DNA of 64,000 bases. It comes from Camelus ferus (lineage: Eukaryota). The position numbers and the translations under genes were made by a program. Location: assembly GCF_009834535.1 (NCBI RefSeq), contig NC_045696.1, positions 98,706,001 to 98,770,000 on the forward strand, read 5' to 3'. The notes under the pieces were generated by a model. It worked only from the letters and a program-made list of their open reading frames with translations. It had not been told where the DNA came from and made no database searches. Below, one piece after another: positions 39,295-51,590 of this stretch. Numbering within the stretch: the stretch's first letter is position 1; every line of letters starts with the position of its first letter.

Positions 39295-39990
39295 CGTTAC
39301 TGACAATTTGCATTTCTTTATCTGAAAATTGGCCGTTTGTGAACATTTCTCATTTACTGTTGGGTGTTCACTGTTTTGGGTATTGATTTACAAGAGCTCT
39401 TTTCATGTTAAGTAAATCAATACTTTTGCATGTCATATGTGTTACAAGAGGTCTTCCCCCAAGTGCCATTTCTTTATTGGTGTTGTTCATTTCCACTTCT
39501 GCGAGGCAAACATTTTACATTTTAATGTAGTAAAAATTACTTTGTGTCTTAATTAGAAAGGCTTTCTTCCTCTATGATCTGATTTTTACTTTGCATAAAT
39601 CCCCCTGTATTTAAACTCCTTTATTAAAAATAGTGCATAGAATTCCATTTTATTGATGCATCATAATTTGCTTAGCCTATCCCTAATCACTGGTTACTTC
39701 ACTTGGTTCCATTTTGTTTTGTTTTGTTTTCTGAAATTCAAGGCAGTGTTGGAAAGAACATCCATATATTTTAGATACATTATTTCAGTCATGTCTGTTT
39801 CCTTATGGTAGATTATTTTGTACTGTAATTACAGTGTCAAATAGGATTCTTATGTTTAATACTTTACATTTGTAACCCTGCCAAATTGCCCTCCATGAAC
39901 ATTGGAACAATTTACATGCCCACAAGCAATACATGAGAGATGTCATTTCTTGGCACCATTATCAATGCTGAGTGTTGTTAGTTTTAAATA
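39295..39990 (-). mobile_element. Old L1M/L1ME fragments
   Basis: aatttgcatttctttatctgaaaattggccgttt...catttactgttgggtgttc...tgccaaattgccctccatgaacattggaacaatttacatgcccacaagcaatacatgaga is antisense L1. Confidence 0.7.
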
Positions 39991-42083
39991 CATTTCCACT
40001 TGTAAAGTTTTATGTTCAAATTTCTGTCAAAACAAATATTAATGACATTATTTATTCCCAGTCCTTCTTATTTTTTTTCTCTAGACTTCTCTTCCAGTAC
40101 TTTTTACTTCAAACTTAGTTTTTGTGTCATTCAAAGGACTGACAGCAAGGAGAAAGATGCCCTCTGGGAAACTGGTAGGAAAAATGCACAAAGGGAAATT
40201 CGGTTTGCTGCTTCCTTCAAATAAGGGGATAACTCTTCTCCAATAACATATTTAGATGTTTCTTTTATCCAATCGAACGGCCCCCTATTTTGTATTGTGA
40301 TCAAAGCATCCTCTCGATTACATTATGCCTGCTCCCACAGTCCATTTAAACTTCTATTATATTCTGTTCTCTCTTGTCTGGGGAAAAGATGGACCATGTC
40401 TGTGAGGCTGAATGAGGCTCAAACATCATAGCATTTCCTTGCATCCGCATCATCATGAGGTGGCAGAGGAGGGCAATTCATCCTTTCTCACCCGAAACCC
40501 TCCCCTCACATGTGCCGCAAAGCTCCAGGCAGACCGGCTGGAGACTCGCCTGTCCTCTGAAGACTGCAGTTGTAAAACCGCTCTTGCAAGATCAGACCCT
40601 TGCTAATTACAAGACTAACATCTATTAACTTTTTCATTCATCGCCAATTTTCATTCATTTCTTAAGGCTAATACTAATTGCAACTTTAAAAAAAAATAAT
40701 AATGCTAAATAGGGCAAGCAATCTGGGAACCCAAATGGTCTATTCCCCTCCTGATACACATTGTCTCATTAGACACATTCACAGAGGAGGGAAAAAAGTC
40801 CCTCCAAAGAGCTGGCACTGCAAATTACTATTTTTATAAATTATATTTGTTCTAGGGTTATCGAATATACTATTTTTTTTAACTTATAAAGTGAGAGTTT
40901 GGGGATAATCAACTTGGTAAGCAGTCTCAATGGAGAATTTAAAATGAGGGAAAACATGGTAAAGAGGAAATAATTAGGGGAGTAAAGTACTAGATCTTGA
41001 AAAGTAATCTGGGATAAACCAAAGGGACTTTTAATAAACATGATCTTTGTGAAATTCACTCTGGATATAGCCAGCAAATATTCCAGAAATATTTTATTAG
41101 CAAAGAAAATGACCTCCTTTCTAAAGTGATTCCCCTGTCCGATCTGTTTTTTACCTTCTAGCTACAATGATCGTATCAAAATGTTAGCTAAAATAAAATA
41201 CAATTACTCTAATTGAATGAAAAGAGAATGCACTTTTATTTCCTTATGTATCAGTTTGGTGAGAATTGATTGGCAAGTCCATTCTTAGAATCAGTCCTAG
41301 TTAGGAAAATCAGAACCCTCACTTGCTTGTGTTAATTCCTGGGGCTTCTGGCCACCGGATAAGTTTCCATTAATTAAAATTGTGTTTGGGGGCTTCTACT
41401 TCCTAGGCCATCTTTGCTATCTTTGTCAGAAGGCATATTAGCAGCCTATTTCATTATAGAAAGAGCTAAGATTGAAGGGAGTAAATAGAGTGGTATAAGA
41501 GTTAATAAATTCTGGTTTGTATTCAAGTAAACGTCAGTTAACTTGAGATGCTAAGCGTGCTCACTGTCCTTCAGCCAATGCACAGTAGCATATGCAGCTA
41601 TATATGTGTGGCACCCATATTTGGGACTCTGTCTCTGCTGATTTCACCCGCTGCATTCAGATGCTGAAGATGCATTTTGGGAGCTGGGATAATCCACAGT
41701 TGTTTCATAAGCATTGGTGATTCCCTTAGGATTTATCCTCATCCACAGTGAACCTTAATCTTCAAGCTTTGACTCACAGAGTTTCTTCCCATTCAACATT
41801 CAGTCACTTTCCAATTTTCCACAGCTGGGGAAGAGCCTGTAATGGGCTCAATCTACTGATCACTCAAAGGCTCAGTCCCTCCACTTGGCATTTTTTGTAG
41901 AGCCTTCTGCCCCAGGTTTTTAGGTTCCGCTTAACAGCAATCAAAAATACACTGCAACAGAGAAGAGAGGGAAAGAGAAATCAAAAGTACTTCTATTGTA
42001 AATATTAACCTCTCAAGAATTACAAACACAATTAAGTCACTGCTTTTATTACACAATAAAATAGAGGTCTCACTTAAGCTTAC

Positions 42084-42113
42084 TCAGAAGTACTGCTTGT
42101 CAAATTATAGCAT
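42084..42113 (-). other. Candidate 30-nt microexon (CYNLTSSTS, phase 2-2)
   Basis: On -: agtcatttttcag|ATGCTATAATTTGACAAGCAGTACTTCTGA|gtaagc; only one frame open. Confidence 0.15.
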
Positions 42114-42699
42114 CTGAAAAATGACTGTATGCAGCATAGACAGTAAAGGCAAGCCCTTACTCAGTGCCCCAACACTAGGATTACAGAGTGTGAGAATAAA
42201 GGGAAGTAGAGTTCAGAATAACAAATATGTCCGTTACAACATGAGTGTTCTTTTGCAATTAATCAGTTTCTAGTCCAGCCTGTCAACACTACCTTTTTCT
42301 ACCATTTCTCATTTTGCTTGTAGTTCCCTCCAGTTGGCGTCCTACCTGATTTTTGCCCTTTGTTTGATGCTATTGTCTTTATGTTTTGCTACTTCTGGCT
42401 TTTGATACGAAATAAATATGTAATGCTACAACAGCAGTGAGACCACCCCTCCAGGAAGAGAACAACAGACAGGACTTTCTGGCTGTGATACAGGGAAGAG
42501 AGACTTTCTCATCCCAACAGAGCCAGCATCCCTCTGGTGAAACGCACATGTTCAGTCAATGTGAGAATGGCGGTAAAGTGGACCGTATTTGTAGCACAAT
42601 ATAGATACTCTAAATCTTCAATAAGAGATTTTCAAAAAAACTTTGATGTGTGAAACTGACAAAAAACAAAACAACACAATCCTCCTTAAGACACTGGAC

Positions 42700-43290
42700 A
42701 AAGAATTTCACTCCTGAGTTCTTTCAAATATTCAAGGACTGGAAAGTTTTATCTAAACTCATTTGTCTTCAAAGCTAAACTGATAAAATATAAGGAAGAT
42801 AGTTCAAAAACACTGTGGTGCAAAATTACATATGAATAAACATAAAATAAGTAAACTTAATATTAGCAAGTGTGAAGGCATTCCACTAAAGTAAAAGACA
42901 AGAAAACTCTCTATTATAACCACTATTATGTAATATTTTCTAAAGTTTCTAACCAGTAAAATTATTAATGAAAACCTCTGTTTTTATAGATATAATTTTA
43001 TGTATATAAATATTAAGAATGAAGAGTAACACTTTTTTATTGATCAATCATTTGACTCTTCACCCAGGAAAACAAAATTGATCTCCTGAAAAACAAGTGT
43101 TCAGTAAAATGACTGAAGAAATAATCTGAACTCATCAGTGTATTAAAATTCCATTGCTTCGGCATCATCTAGTTGGGCTTTGTTAAAAAAAAATGCAAGA
43201 GTGATTTAATATTAAGAAATGTATTTCATATTTGTGTATTTCATGTATTTCAACATATTATCATTACCAATGGAAAGAAACATTTTCTAT
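42700..43290 (+). mobile_element. Very decayed L1M ORF2 fragments
   Basis: gaatttcactcctgagttctttcaaatattcaagga, gttgggctttgtt...aatgcaagagtgatttaatattaagaaat. Confidence 0.5.
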
Positions 43291-43309
43291 AAACTTCTGG
43301 ACTGGATGA

Positions 43310-43782
43310 TTTTTAATAGACCTTATTTTTTAGACAAGTTTTAGGTTCACAGCAAAAATGAAGGTACACGGTTTCCCAGATTGCCCCTGTTCACCCAAAT
43401 TCATATCCTCCCCCACTGGGATCATCCCCCACCAGAGTGGTACCTCTGTTACAACTGATGCGCCTGCAACGACACATCACTATCATCCAGAGTCCATAGT
43501 TTACATCAGGGTCCACTCCCTCTGTTGGACACTCTAGGTCTGACAAATATGTAATGACACATCTCCACCGTTATAGTATCATTCAGGGTAGTTCCACTGC
43601 TCTAAAGTCCTCTGTTCTAGTCATCCCTCCCTCTCCCCTAATCCTTGAAAACTTTTATCCCCTGATATGTCATTGTCTCCATAGTTTTGCCATTTCAGGA
43701 GTGTCCTGTTGTTGGTATCGTACAATATGTAGCTTTTCATATTGGCTTCTTTCACTTACAAATATGCATTTAAGTCTCCTCC
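43310..43782 (-). mobile_element. L1MC1-like 3' end
   Basis: aatagaccttattttttagacaagttttaggttcacagcaaaa...ccccaccagagtggtac...tgttacaactgatg...cactatcatccagagtccatagtttacatcaggg. Confidence 0.85.
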
Positions 43783-43783
43783 A

Positions 43784-44925
43784 GAGGGAGTGATGTCAGC
43801 AAGATGATGGAATAAGAAGTTGCTCTCAATAACAAAAACTTGGCAGCCATTTACAGAAAAAAAGTGCCTGTGTAGGAGCTTTGGGATGTAGATAGGAGAC
43901 TGTAAAACTCGGTGGAGTCCAAGACCAAGGGGAACCCTTCTGAGAAGGCAGGTGCCCAGGGAACTGACTTGGTGGTCCTGGTTACAGACCAAGTAAAAGC
44001 CTAGTCCATCCTCCTGAGGACTAACCTGCAATCCCATCTGGTCTTGGTCTTGCCACCAGCGTCACATGCCAAGGAACCCAGGAGGAGTCATGTGTACCCC
44101 AGCCACAGGCAGGAGATCACAGTCTTTGGCCGAGGCTATGGACCATGAAGGGCCTCTCTGATCTGGTTCCAGCTCCACTCAGCTGTAATCTGAAAGCCCG
44201 TTAAGGCAAGCTTGCCAAACTTAGTCTGGTTTTAGATTCTGAAATGGCCCTGTAACTGGGCTTCAGTCCCTCTCAGCCATGGTCCACGAGCAGTCCTGTC
44301 AGCTTGGAGGCCACCAGGAGACATGGCTTTTCGTGCCCTTGAAGGCAACCCAGCCAGATCCTGAAATGGCCTTGTGACTCAGATCCAGCCCCCCAGCTGT
44401 GGCCCATGAGCAGTTCTGCCCACTCAGAGGCCCACCAGGAGAAACACCCATCCGTGCACTCGGAGGTAAGCCCGCTAACCTTGGCCTGACTGTGAATCTT
44501 GAAATGGTCCTGTAACCTGGCTCCAGGCTCTCCCAGCTGTGGTCAGGGAGTGGGCCTGCCCACCTGCGGACCTGGTGGGGGGACCGGTATGTCTGTCCTC
44601 TAGAGCCGGGTCTGTAGACCTCGGTCTGGGCTCTTAATCCTGAAGCAGCCCTGGAACTCATTCAGACACAGCTCCTCCTCCTGCCGAGGGACCCACCCAG
44701 TGACCCAGCAGGAGCTCTTTCAGGGGCTTGGCAGGAGCCACACCGTTCATACACCGGAAAACAGCCCTGCTGTCTGTGGACCCAACTGCACATCCTGGAG
44801 CAGACTCTGTTCCCAAACCCTCTGAACAAAGTCCTGAAGGCAGTCTCATATACCCAGGGACCAGCCAGGACCCACCATGCCTGAGCTCCTGGTAACAGGC
44901 CCACCAACAGCAGACCCCACTATGA
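43784..44925 (+). mobile_element. Isolated L1 5' UTR (L1M2/L1M3-type) with diverged tandem monomers
   Basis: Begins gagggagtgatgtcagcaagatgatggaata (L1M 5' start with degenerate YY1 motif); GC-rich; recurring gaaatggccctgtaac motif; no ORF1 follows. Confidence 0.75.
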
Positions 44926-45589
44926 ACTGTATAATATCTAATTCCAAAGACTAATGTTTTTTCTTTATGTCATGGCATTCTCCCAGGAAAAAAAAATTAT
45001 AAAGGGGTAAAGTTTGATTCAATAAAAATGATAATTTTGAGCTGTTAAAACTGGCTTAAAAACAAAAACAAAAAATCCAGAGTATTTGTAGGGAGATAAG
45101 CTCTAACACCAAAAGAGTTCAAACGATGCAATGTGTCACAGTGCTGGTCATTTCAGAGTTTCCAATTTGGCTGAATCTAGCTGCATCAGAAAAGTCAGGA
45201 TGGGAGAAATAAAACAAAATATAGAGTCACTGAAAATGACATTAATTTATCCCCTATTCCCCCTATGAAGAAGGTGGTAGTTGTTGTGGTAGACATAGTG
45301 AGGTGTTTCAATTCAGTATGTTAACTGCTCATTTTTATGTCTTTCTAATTTTGTAAGAATGTAACCATGGTTGACAGAGCTGATATGGGTATAGTGGAAA
45401 TCATGAGAAAGATGTTCATGACTTCAATAATCTTGAACAAAAAACATTTAATTTCTTATAATTTATTTATTAACTTGTATAACAGTGAAAATACTACCCA
45501 CACCTACAAATTGAAAATTTTACCTAGCTAGTGCAGAATACCGAGGAGAAAGAAATTGAAGGACAAGAAAGGGAGAAACAGAACACTTA

Positions 45590-47585
45590 TTATTCTCAAG
45601 TGAAATAAACAAGTTTACAAAAACAAATCCAAAATTCTCTATGCATAAATAATTAAATTAATAAGAGAACCTAATATTACTAGAAACAAATCAATATACA
45701 TAAATCAATGTACATATAATAATGACAAATGGAAGATAGCACTTCTCTAATTTTTAGTGATAGCAAAAATATAAAATACTTAAGAATAAATATAACAAAG
45801 ATACAAAAAATGCAGAACATTGTAAAACACTTTTAAGTGAAAGTAAAGAAAACCTAAAGAAATATACCACACTTATGAATCAGAAGACTCAAGACTGCAC
45901 AGATATCAGTTTCCAAAATTTACAGTAAAAAAAATTATATCTCACAAAGTTCCAAAAAGGGTTTTTTTCTGTGTGTGTGTGTTGGGGGGGGTTAACAAAC
46001 TAATTATAGAATTTGTATACAAAGAGTCAAGAATAGCCAAGATATCATTGGAGCAATTGGGCAACCATGGTCAAAATGATAAGGCTAAGTATCACATTGC
46101 ATGCAAAAATTAACTCAGAATGGATTAAAGATTTAAATGTAAAAGGTAAAATATGAAACTTTTAGAAAACCATAGGAGAATATATTGTGGATGTAAGGGT
46201 AAACAGAGACTCTTAAACTTAACACCAAAACATGATCCATATAAGGAAAAACATTATAAATGAAACTTTATCAACACTGAAGACTTTGTTCTGTGACAGC
46301 CTGTGAAGAGAATAAAAAGGTAAGCTACAGAGTGGGAGAAGATATTTGCAAATCACACATGCAACAAAAGATTAATATCTAGAAAGCATGAAGAACTCCC
46401 AAATTCAATAGTAAAAAAAAATCCAATTAAAAATAAGGAAAAGACTTAAATGTACATTTCACTGAAGGAACTATACTGATGGCGGAAAAGCACACGAAAA
46501 GTTGTTCAACATCATAGGCAAATGCAAATTAAAACCGTGATGAGCTAGGACTACAACACTTATCAAAATGGCTAAAATTGAAAAAAGATATAGTCACAAC
46601 ATATGCTGTTGAAGATGCAGAGAAATGATCACTGGCTTGCTGGAGAGAATGTAAAATGGTACAACCATTTTGGAAAACAGCTTGGCAGTTTTAAAAATAT
46701 ATATAAAAACTAAGTATGCAACTATAATATGGTCAGCAATTGCAGTCACCCCTTGAACAACACATGTTTGAACTAAGAAGGTCCACGTATACTCAGATTT
46801 CTTTCAATAGTAAATACTACAGTACTACATAATCCACAATTGGTTGAATCCATGGATGTGAAACCATGGATATGGAAGAACCTCGAAATGGAGGGCCAAC
46901 TGTAAATTATAGCTGGACTTTTGACTGTGCAGAGGGTTGGTGCTCCTAAGTCCTATATTGTTCAAGGATCAACTGTACATTTCTGTGCAATTATCCCAGA
47001 GAAATAAAAAAACATGTTTACATAAACATTTGTATATGAAAGTTTATGGTCTCAGATTGGAAATAGCACAGATGTCCTTCAACAGGCGAATGGTTAAACA
47101 AACTGCAGTATCTCCATATCTAGGAATATTACTCAGCAATAAAGAGAACAAACTAATGATATAACCCACAAGTTGGATAAATATCCAGAGAATTATGCCT
47201 AGTGAAAAAGCTGGTATCAAAAGATTACATGATAATATTACAACATTTCATTTACATAACATTTTGATATGATGAAATTACAGAAATGGAGAACGTATTA
47301 TGGTCATTGGGATTTAAGGAAGGGGTGGAAGTATGAGGAAAGTTGGTGTGGCTTTGGAAGGGCAACATGAGGGATCCTTGTGATAAGAGAAATGTCTTCT
47401 GTCTTGACTGTATCAATGTCAATATCCTTGTTGTGATACTGTATTATAGTTTTGCAAGATATTACCATTGCAGCAAACTGAGTAAAGGGTACAGGAGATC
47501 CCTCTGTATTGTTTTTCACATGTGAATCTACAATTACCTCAAAATTAAATGTTTAATTTTAAAAAATTACAAAGTTAAAAAAAAA
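45590..47585 (+). mobile_element. L1MD-like LINE-1 (end of ORF2 plus 3' UTR)
   Basis: aaaattaactcagaatggattaaagatttaaatgta...gaagatatttgcaaatcac...gggcaacatgagggatccttgtgat...tgtgaatctacaattacctcaaaa then A-rich tail. Confidence 0.85.
46743..46975 (+). mobile_element. TcMar-Tigger MITE (Tigger2-family) nested in L1
   Basis: TIRs cagtcaccccttgaacaa ... ttgttcaaggatcaactg; TA on the right, TG on the left; interrupts L1 cagcaattg|tacatttctg. Confidence 0.85.
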
Positions 47586-47619
47586 CTATGTGAGAGAAAT
47601 ACAAAACAAATACTAAAAG

Positions 47620-48080
47620 AGTAGAATTAATGCTAAATTATTATTACATTGAATATATAATCCTTGATTTTTTTAAATTATAAAGCTAGATAAAAATTTT
47701 AAAAAGATTCACATATATATGGCTTATAGTAGACATCCTTAAACAGTAAAAATCAAAAAGTTTGAAAGAAATAAGATGGTAAAAAAATACAGCATAAAAC
47801 ATGAACTAAAAGAAAATTGATTTAGTTTGTTTATATCAGACAAAATAGTTTTTAAGGCAAAAAGTATTAGTAAGACTAGAGACAGATATTTTATATGATA
47901 AAATCATATGACTTTATATGTTAAGCTACTGAGAAGTTATAACATTCCTAAATGTGTATGCACCTAATAACATCATCTCAAAAAATAAAAAACAAAACTT
48001 GACATATTCAATAGGATAAATTAATAAATTTATATTCACTGGAGATCTTAACATACTATTCTCCATATATGATGGAATGT
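47620..48080 (+). mobile_element. Decayed L1 ORF2 endonuclease-region fragment
   Basis: atatcagacaaaatagtttttaaggcaaaaagtatt...ataacattcctaaatgtgtatgcacctaataaca (NVYAPN motif) ...ctggagatcttaacatac (GDxN-like). Confidence 0.8.
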
Positions 48081-48939
48081 CTGGTGAAGAAAAAGCAAGT
48101 TGTAAATTATGTACAGTTATGGTATTATTTTTTTTCTTTAAAACAATACACATATCCACACATAAAATCATATAATAACACACAAAAAAGGGTATGGAAC
48201 TGAAAGATGATTGGGAAAAAATTAGCTTTTCCTCTAAATTTCTTGAAGTGTTCTAGAAGGAATGTATTAATTTCCTCTAATGGTCTAAATATGATTTTTC
48301 CATTTAACCTCAGAATTTTAACATTTATAATATGAATAATACTGGAAACAAACAGTAATTCATTGCATTTCTTCCCTATTATTACTCACATCCTCCTAAT
48401 GTTTGTTTGCATCGAGTCTTTGTCCAATTTGGCAATAAGCCAGCTGAGTCAGGACCATGTCTAATTCTATAATTGGAGGGCTGTGCACACCATTATTGCT
48501 GCCTAGCAAATGTTGTGATACAATCAGAGTAATAAGATGTGTAGAGTTTCCACATCTGTTAACCAGAAAAAAGATTTTGTGGTCATGTGTTCTTGATACA
48601 TTTTAGCTTTAATCTACTGTTGGATTAATCCCCTATTAAGGGGAACATGTAAAGAAAATCATTTTTTCTAACTACAAATCTGGTAGGAAGCTGAATTTGT
48701 AAAGAACATTGGTGTATCCAAAAAAAAATTTGAAAAATGACTGGGATGGAGAAATTATGCAGGGATGGAGAAATTACACAAGGAGGAACTCCCGAGCAGA
48801 TGTGAAACCCAAACGTTCTCTTCCCAAAACGAAGATGGGTGTTATTTCCATTATTACAAGACTTTCTTTCTTTGTCTTTTTTACTGTTCTGTCCTCTGTC
48901 CTCCATACCTTGAATACTGCCAGTGATATAATAGGGAGC

Positions 48940-49378
48940 TGTTATGGGCTCAACTGTATCCCTGAAAAGATATGCTGGTATCTTAAACTCTGGTACTTCT
49001 GAATTTAACTTTATTTAGAAATAAGATATTTGCAGATGTAATTAAATTAAGATGAGGTTTATTGGAGTGGGCCCTAATCCAATATAATGGCATCCTTATA
49101 AGAAAAGACATGCACACACAAGACAACACCATGTTATAACAGAGGCAGAAACTGGAGTGATGTAGCTTCAAGCCAAGGAATGTCAAGGATTGACGGTTAC
49201 CACTGGAAGCTAGGAAGAGGCAGAAGAGAACTCTCCCCAGAGTCTCGGAGGATACATGGCCTTGCTGAAACCTTGATTTCAGATTCTCGCCTCCAGAATT
49301 GTGAAAGAATAGATTTCTGTTCCTGTAAGCCTCTCAGTTTGTGATACTTTGTTATGGCCGTGCTAGGAAACGAATACA
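48940..49378 (+). mobile_element. ERVL-MaLR solo LTR (MLT1C-like), near full length
   Basis: TG...CA termini; tgttatgggctcaactgtatccc...tttgcagatgtaattaaattaagatgagg...gccaaggaatg...ctaggaaacgaataca. Confidence 0.9.
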
Positions 49379-49759
49379 ATACCCAGTAAATAACTTCAAT
49401 AAAATATGGGATAAATTACATTTTCATGTTAAGACTTATTAAAAATGTATCAGAATATTATTATCAATAGATGCAGAATAAATTTACTTGGGAGGAAATG
49501 AGACGATCTAAGAAAAACATTCTCTCTCATTTTATTTGTATTTTGGGGAATTTTCTCATTTTCTTGATATGCTTCCGTAACTAATCCCAAATTATTTGTG
49601 TACAGTTTCACAGATAAATTAGCTTCATGGATACATTCTTTGTGGGAGAGACATAAAAAGCTGAAAACACAAAAAGTAATTCTGAGATTTTTTTTTGTAT
49701 CCACTTAAAGGCAGCATCACTAAAATTTTCTTGAGTACCATTGGTTGCCAGACACCATG

Positions 49760-51152
49760 AATGGCTGCTTTCACATACTGGCATCTCATTACTAGGGTCC
49801 AGGAGAGCATGATGGCTCTTCATCTCAGGCCGCTGGGGCACAGCATTGTGAACTATGTGGTCTATGGCAAGCACTGCAGGGCTCTACAGTGGCTGCGAGG
49901 ACTCTTGGGGTCTCAGTGGTGCCACTAGGTCCAGTGGCCTAGGACCAGGGAAAGCAGTGGTGGTGGCTGGAGCTGGTGGTGTGCACACGCTTGGCTGGGG
50001 AATCCAGCTGCAGGCACTTGCCTAGTGACATGGGCTGGGTGTAGACACACATGTAGTGGTGGGGGCCTGAGAAGGCAGTAAAGGTCAGGGTCAATTGTGG
50101 GTGCACCAGCAGCTGTGGGGACCCAGCTGCCAGCATGCACTACTGTGGCTGCTGGATGTCACCACAGGTGCATGGCAGTGCAAGCCAGTGTTGGGGATTG
50201 GGGTAGGGACGTGCAGGTGCACAGCTGGAGGGACTAGCTGCATGTGAATGCAGGAGTGCAGACCAGTGACAGAAGACAGGGTCTGATCCAGGCCAACAGG
50301 CAGCTTCAGGGGTCCTGACTGTTGGTGTGCTATCTTGTGGCTGGACAGTCTTGCCCTAGGTGTGTATACGGCAGTGCAAGTCAGTGATGGGCATCTGGCT
50401 GGCAGTGAGCAAGTTCCATATGCCACATTGCTGGACGGACTAGCCCTGAGCCCCTCCATGGCCGTGGGGGTTAACCATGGGAGGCTAGCCTGGCCTCTTT
50501 CACTCACGTAGCCCACAAAGCTGAGGCTGGCTACCAGTGCGGTTCCCAGGTTCCAGCAGGGGCGAGGGAAGGGATTGGGAGGGGACCCAGGTGGATGGCT
50601 TTAGCAAACACAAATATCTAGGGGGTGAAAACTGGTGAAAGCTGCAGGGGTCCACAGCAGCTATGCTGGCCATTGGTTTCTTCAGTAACAAAAGTTGCTG
50701 GGTTTGTTTGTGGAACAGGTGGTTGGGATTGGTAGTCCCAGCTCTCATTCCTTGTTCCTGGATGTCTACATCGCAGCTTTGCTGGTCTGGGAGGAGTGAA
50801 ACCTAAGCAAGACCTTTGTGTGATTCCCCAAAAGGCTGGAAAAGCTAGTCTGTCGCCCTCCTGTTCTTTTCCCAGTGAAGGGAAGTGACTCTTTCTAGCT
50901 AGGGAGTTCCCTCTTGCTACTGGCCAGTTCTGGCTTGGGAGATGGGATGATGCAGGCAAAATGAAGCTGTCTTTCTTCCCTTTTTGTGTGGAGTCTCTCA
51001 GGTTTTTTGTTCCACGATGCTGCTGAAGTTTCTTACGGGATTCCAGAGCTCTCCTAGAGCGCTTGGTTGTGGATAGCTGTCTGAGTGTCGATCTTCGTGG
51101 AAAGGATGGAGCCTGAGGTCTCCTATGCTGCCACATTTGGTGACATCACTCT
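49760..51152 (-). mobile_element. Isolated L1 5' UTR (L1M2/L1M3-type)
   Basis: Minus strand starts agagtgatgtcaccaaatgtggcagcatagga; GC-rich with repeated cagctg/gtgcac motifs; ttttttgttccacgatgctgctgaagtttcttac is typical of antisense L1M 5' ends. Confidence 0.75.
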
Positions 51153-51344
51153 GATGACCTCAAATAAATCTTCACCAAAAGACAGTTTTCAAGGCAATCT
51201 GTTGGTTCAAAGTTGAAATTGATGGGGATGCAAGCTGCAGCAAAGATTTGGTAGAAACTGTGACTTAAAGACACACATAACTATAATGCAATGTAGACAT
51301 TGTGGTGGTACTAATAAATGGCTGTGGGAATTCTGAGAAGCAGT

Positions 51345-51590
51345 AATAATAATTTGTCTGTGGTGACAACTTTATTGTAGGCACTGGGCTAATCACTGAA
51401 GAGTCTCTACCAGCTCGTGTGGCAGCGATTAATATTGTTCCCATTGTGCAGATGAGGCAACTGAAGCTTAGAGAAGTGAAGTAATTTGCCCAAGGTAGCA
51501 TTTCTAATAAAAGTAGAGCTTGGATTTAAACTCATACCTGTCTGACTTTAGATTCATGCTTTGAACCACATCTTTACTGCTCCTTCCTGG
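51345..51590 (-). mobile_element. MIR SINE
   Basis: cccattgtgcagatgaggcaactgaagcttagagaagtgaagtaatttgcccaaggtagca...gatttaaactca...tgtctgactttaga. Confidence 0.9.

Noticed and set aside
44299..44907. Overlapping 63-120 aa ORFs
   Set aside because: Antisense to L1 5' UTR monomers; a compositional artefact
50091..51136. Longest ORFs in the track (172 aa, 141 aa)
   Set aside because: They lie within a GC-rich L1 5' UTR relic where stops are rare; no recognisable domain
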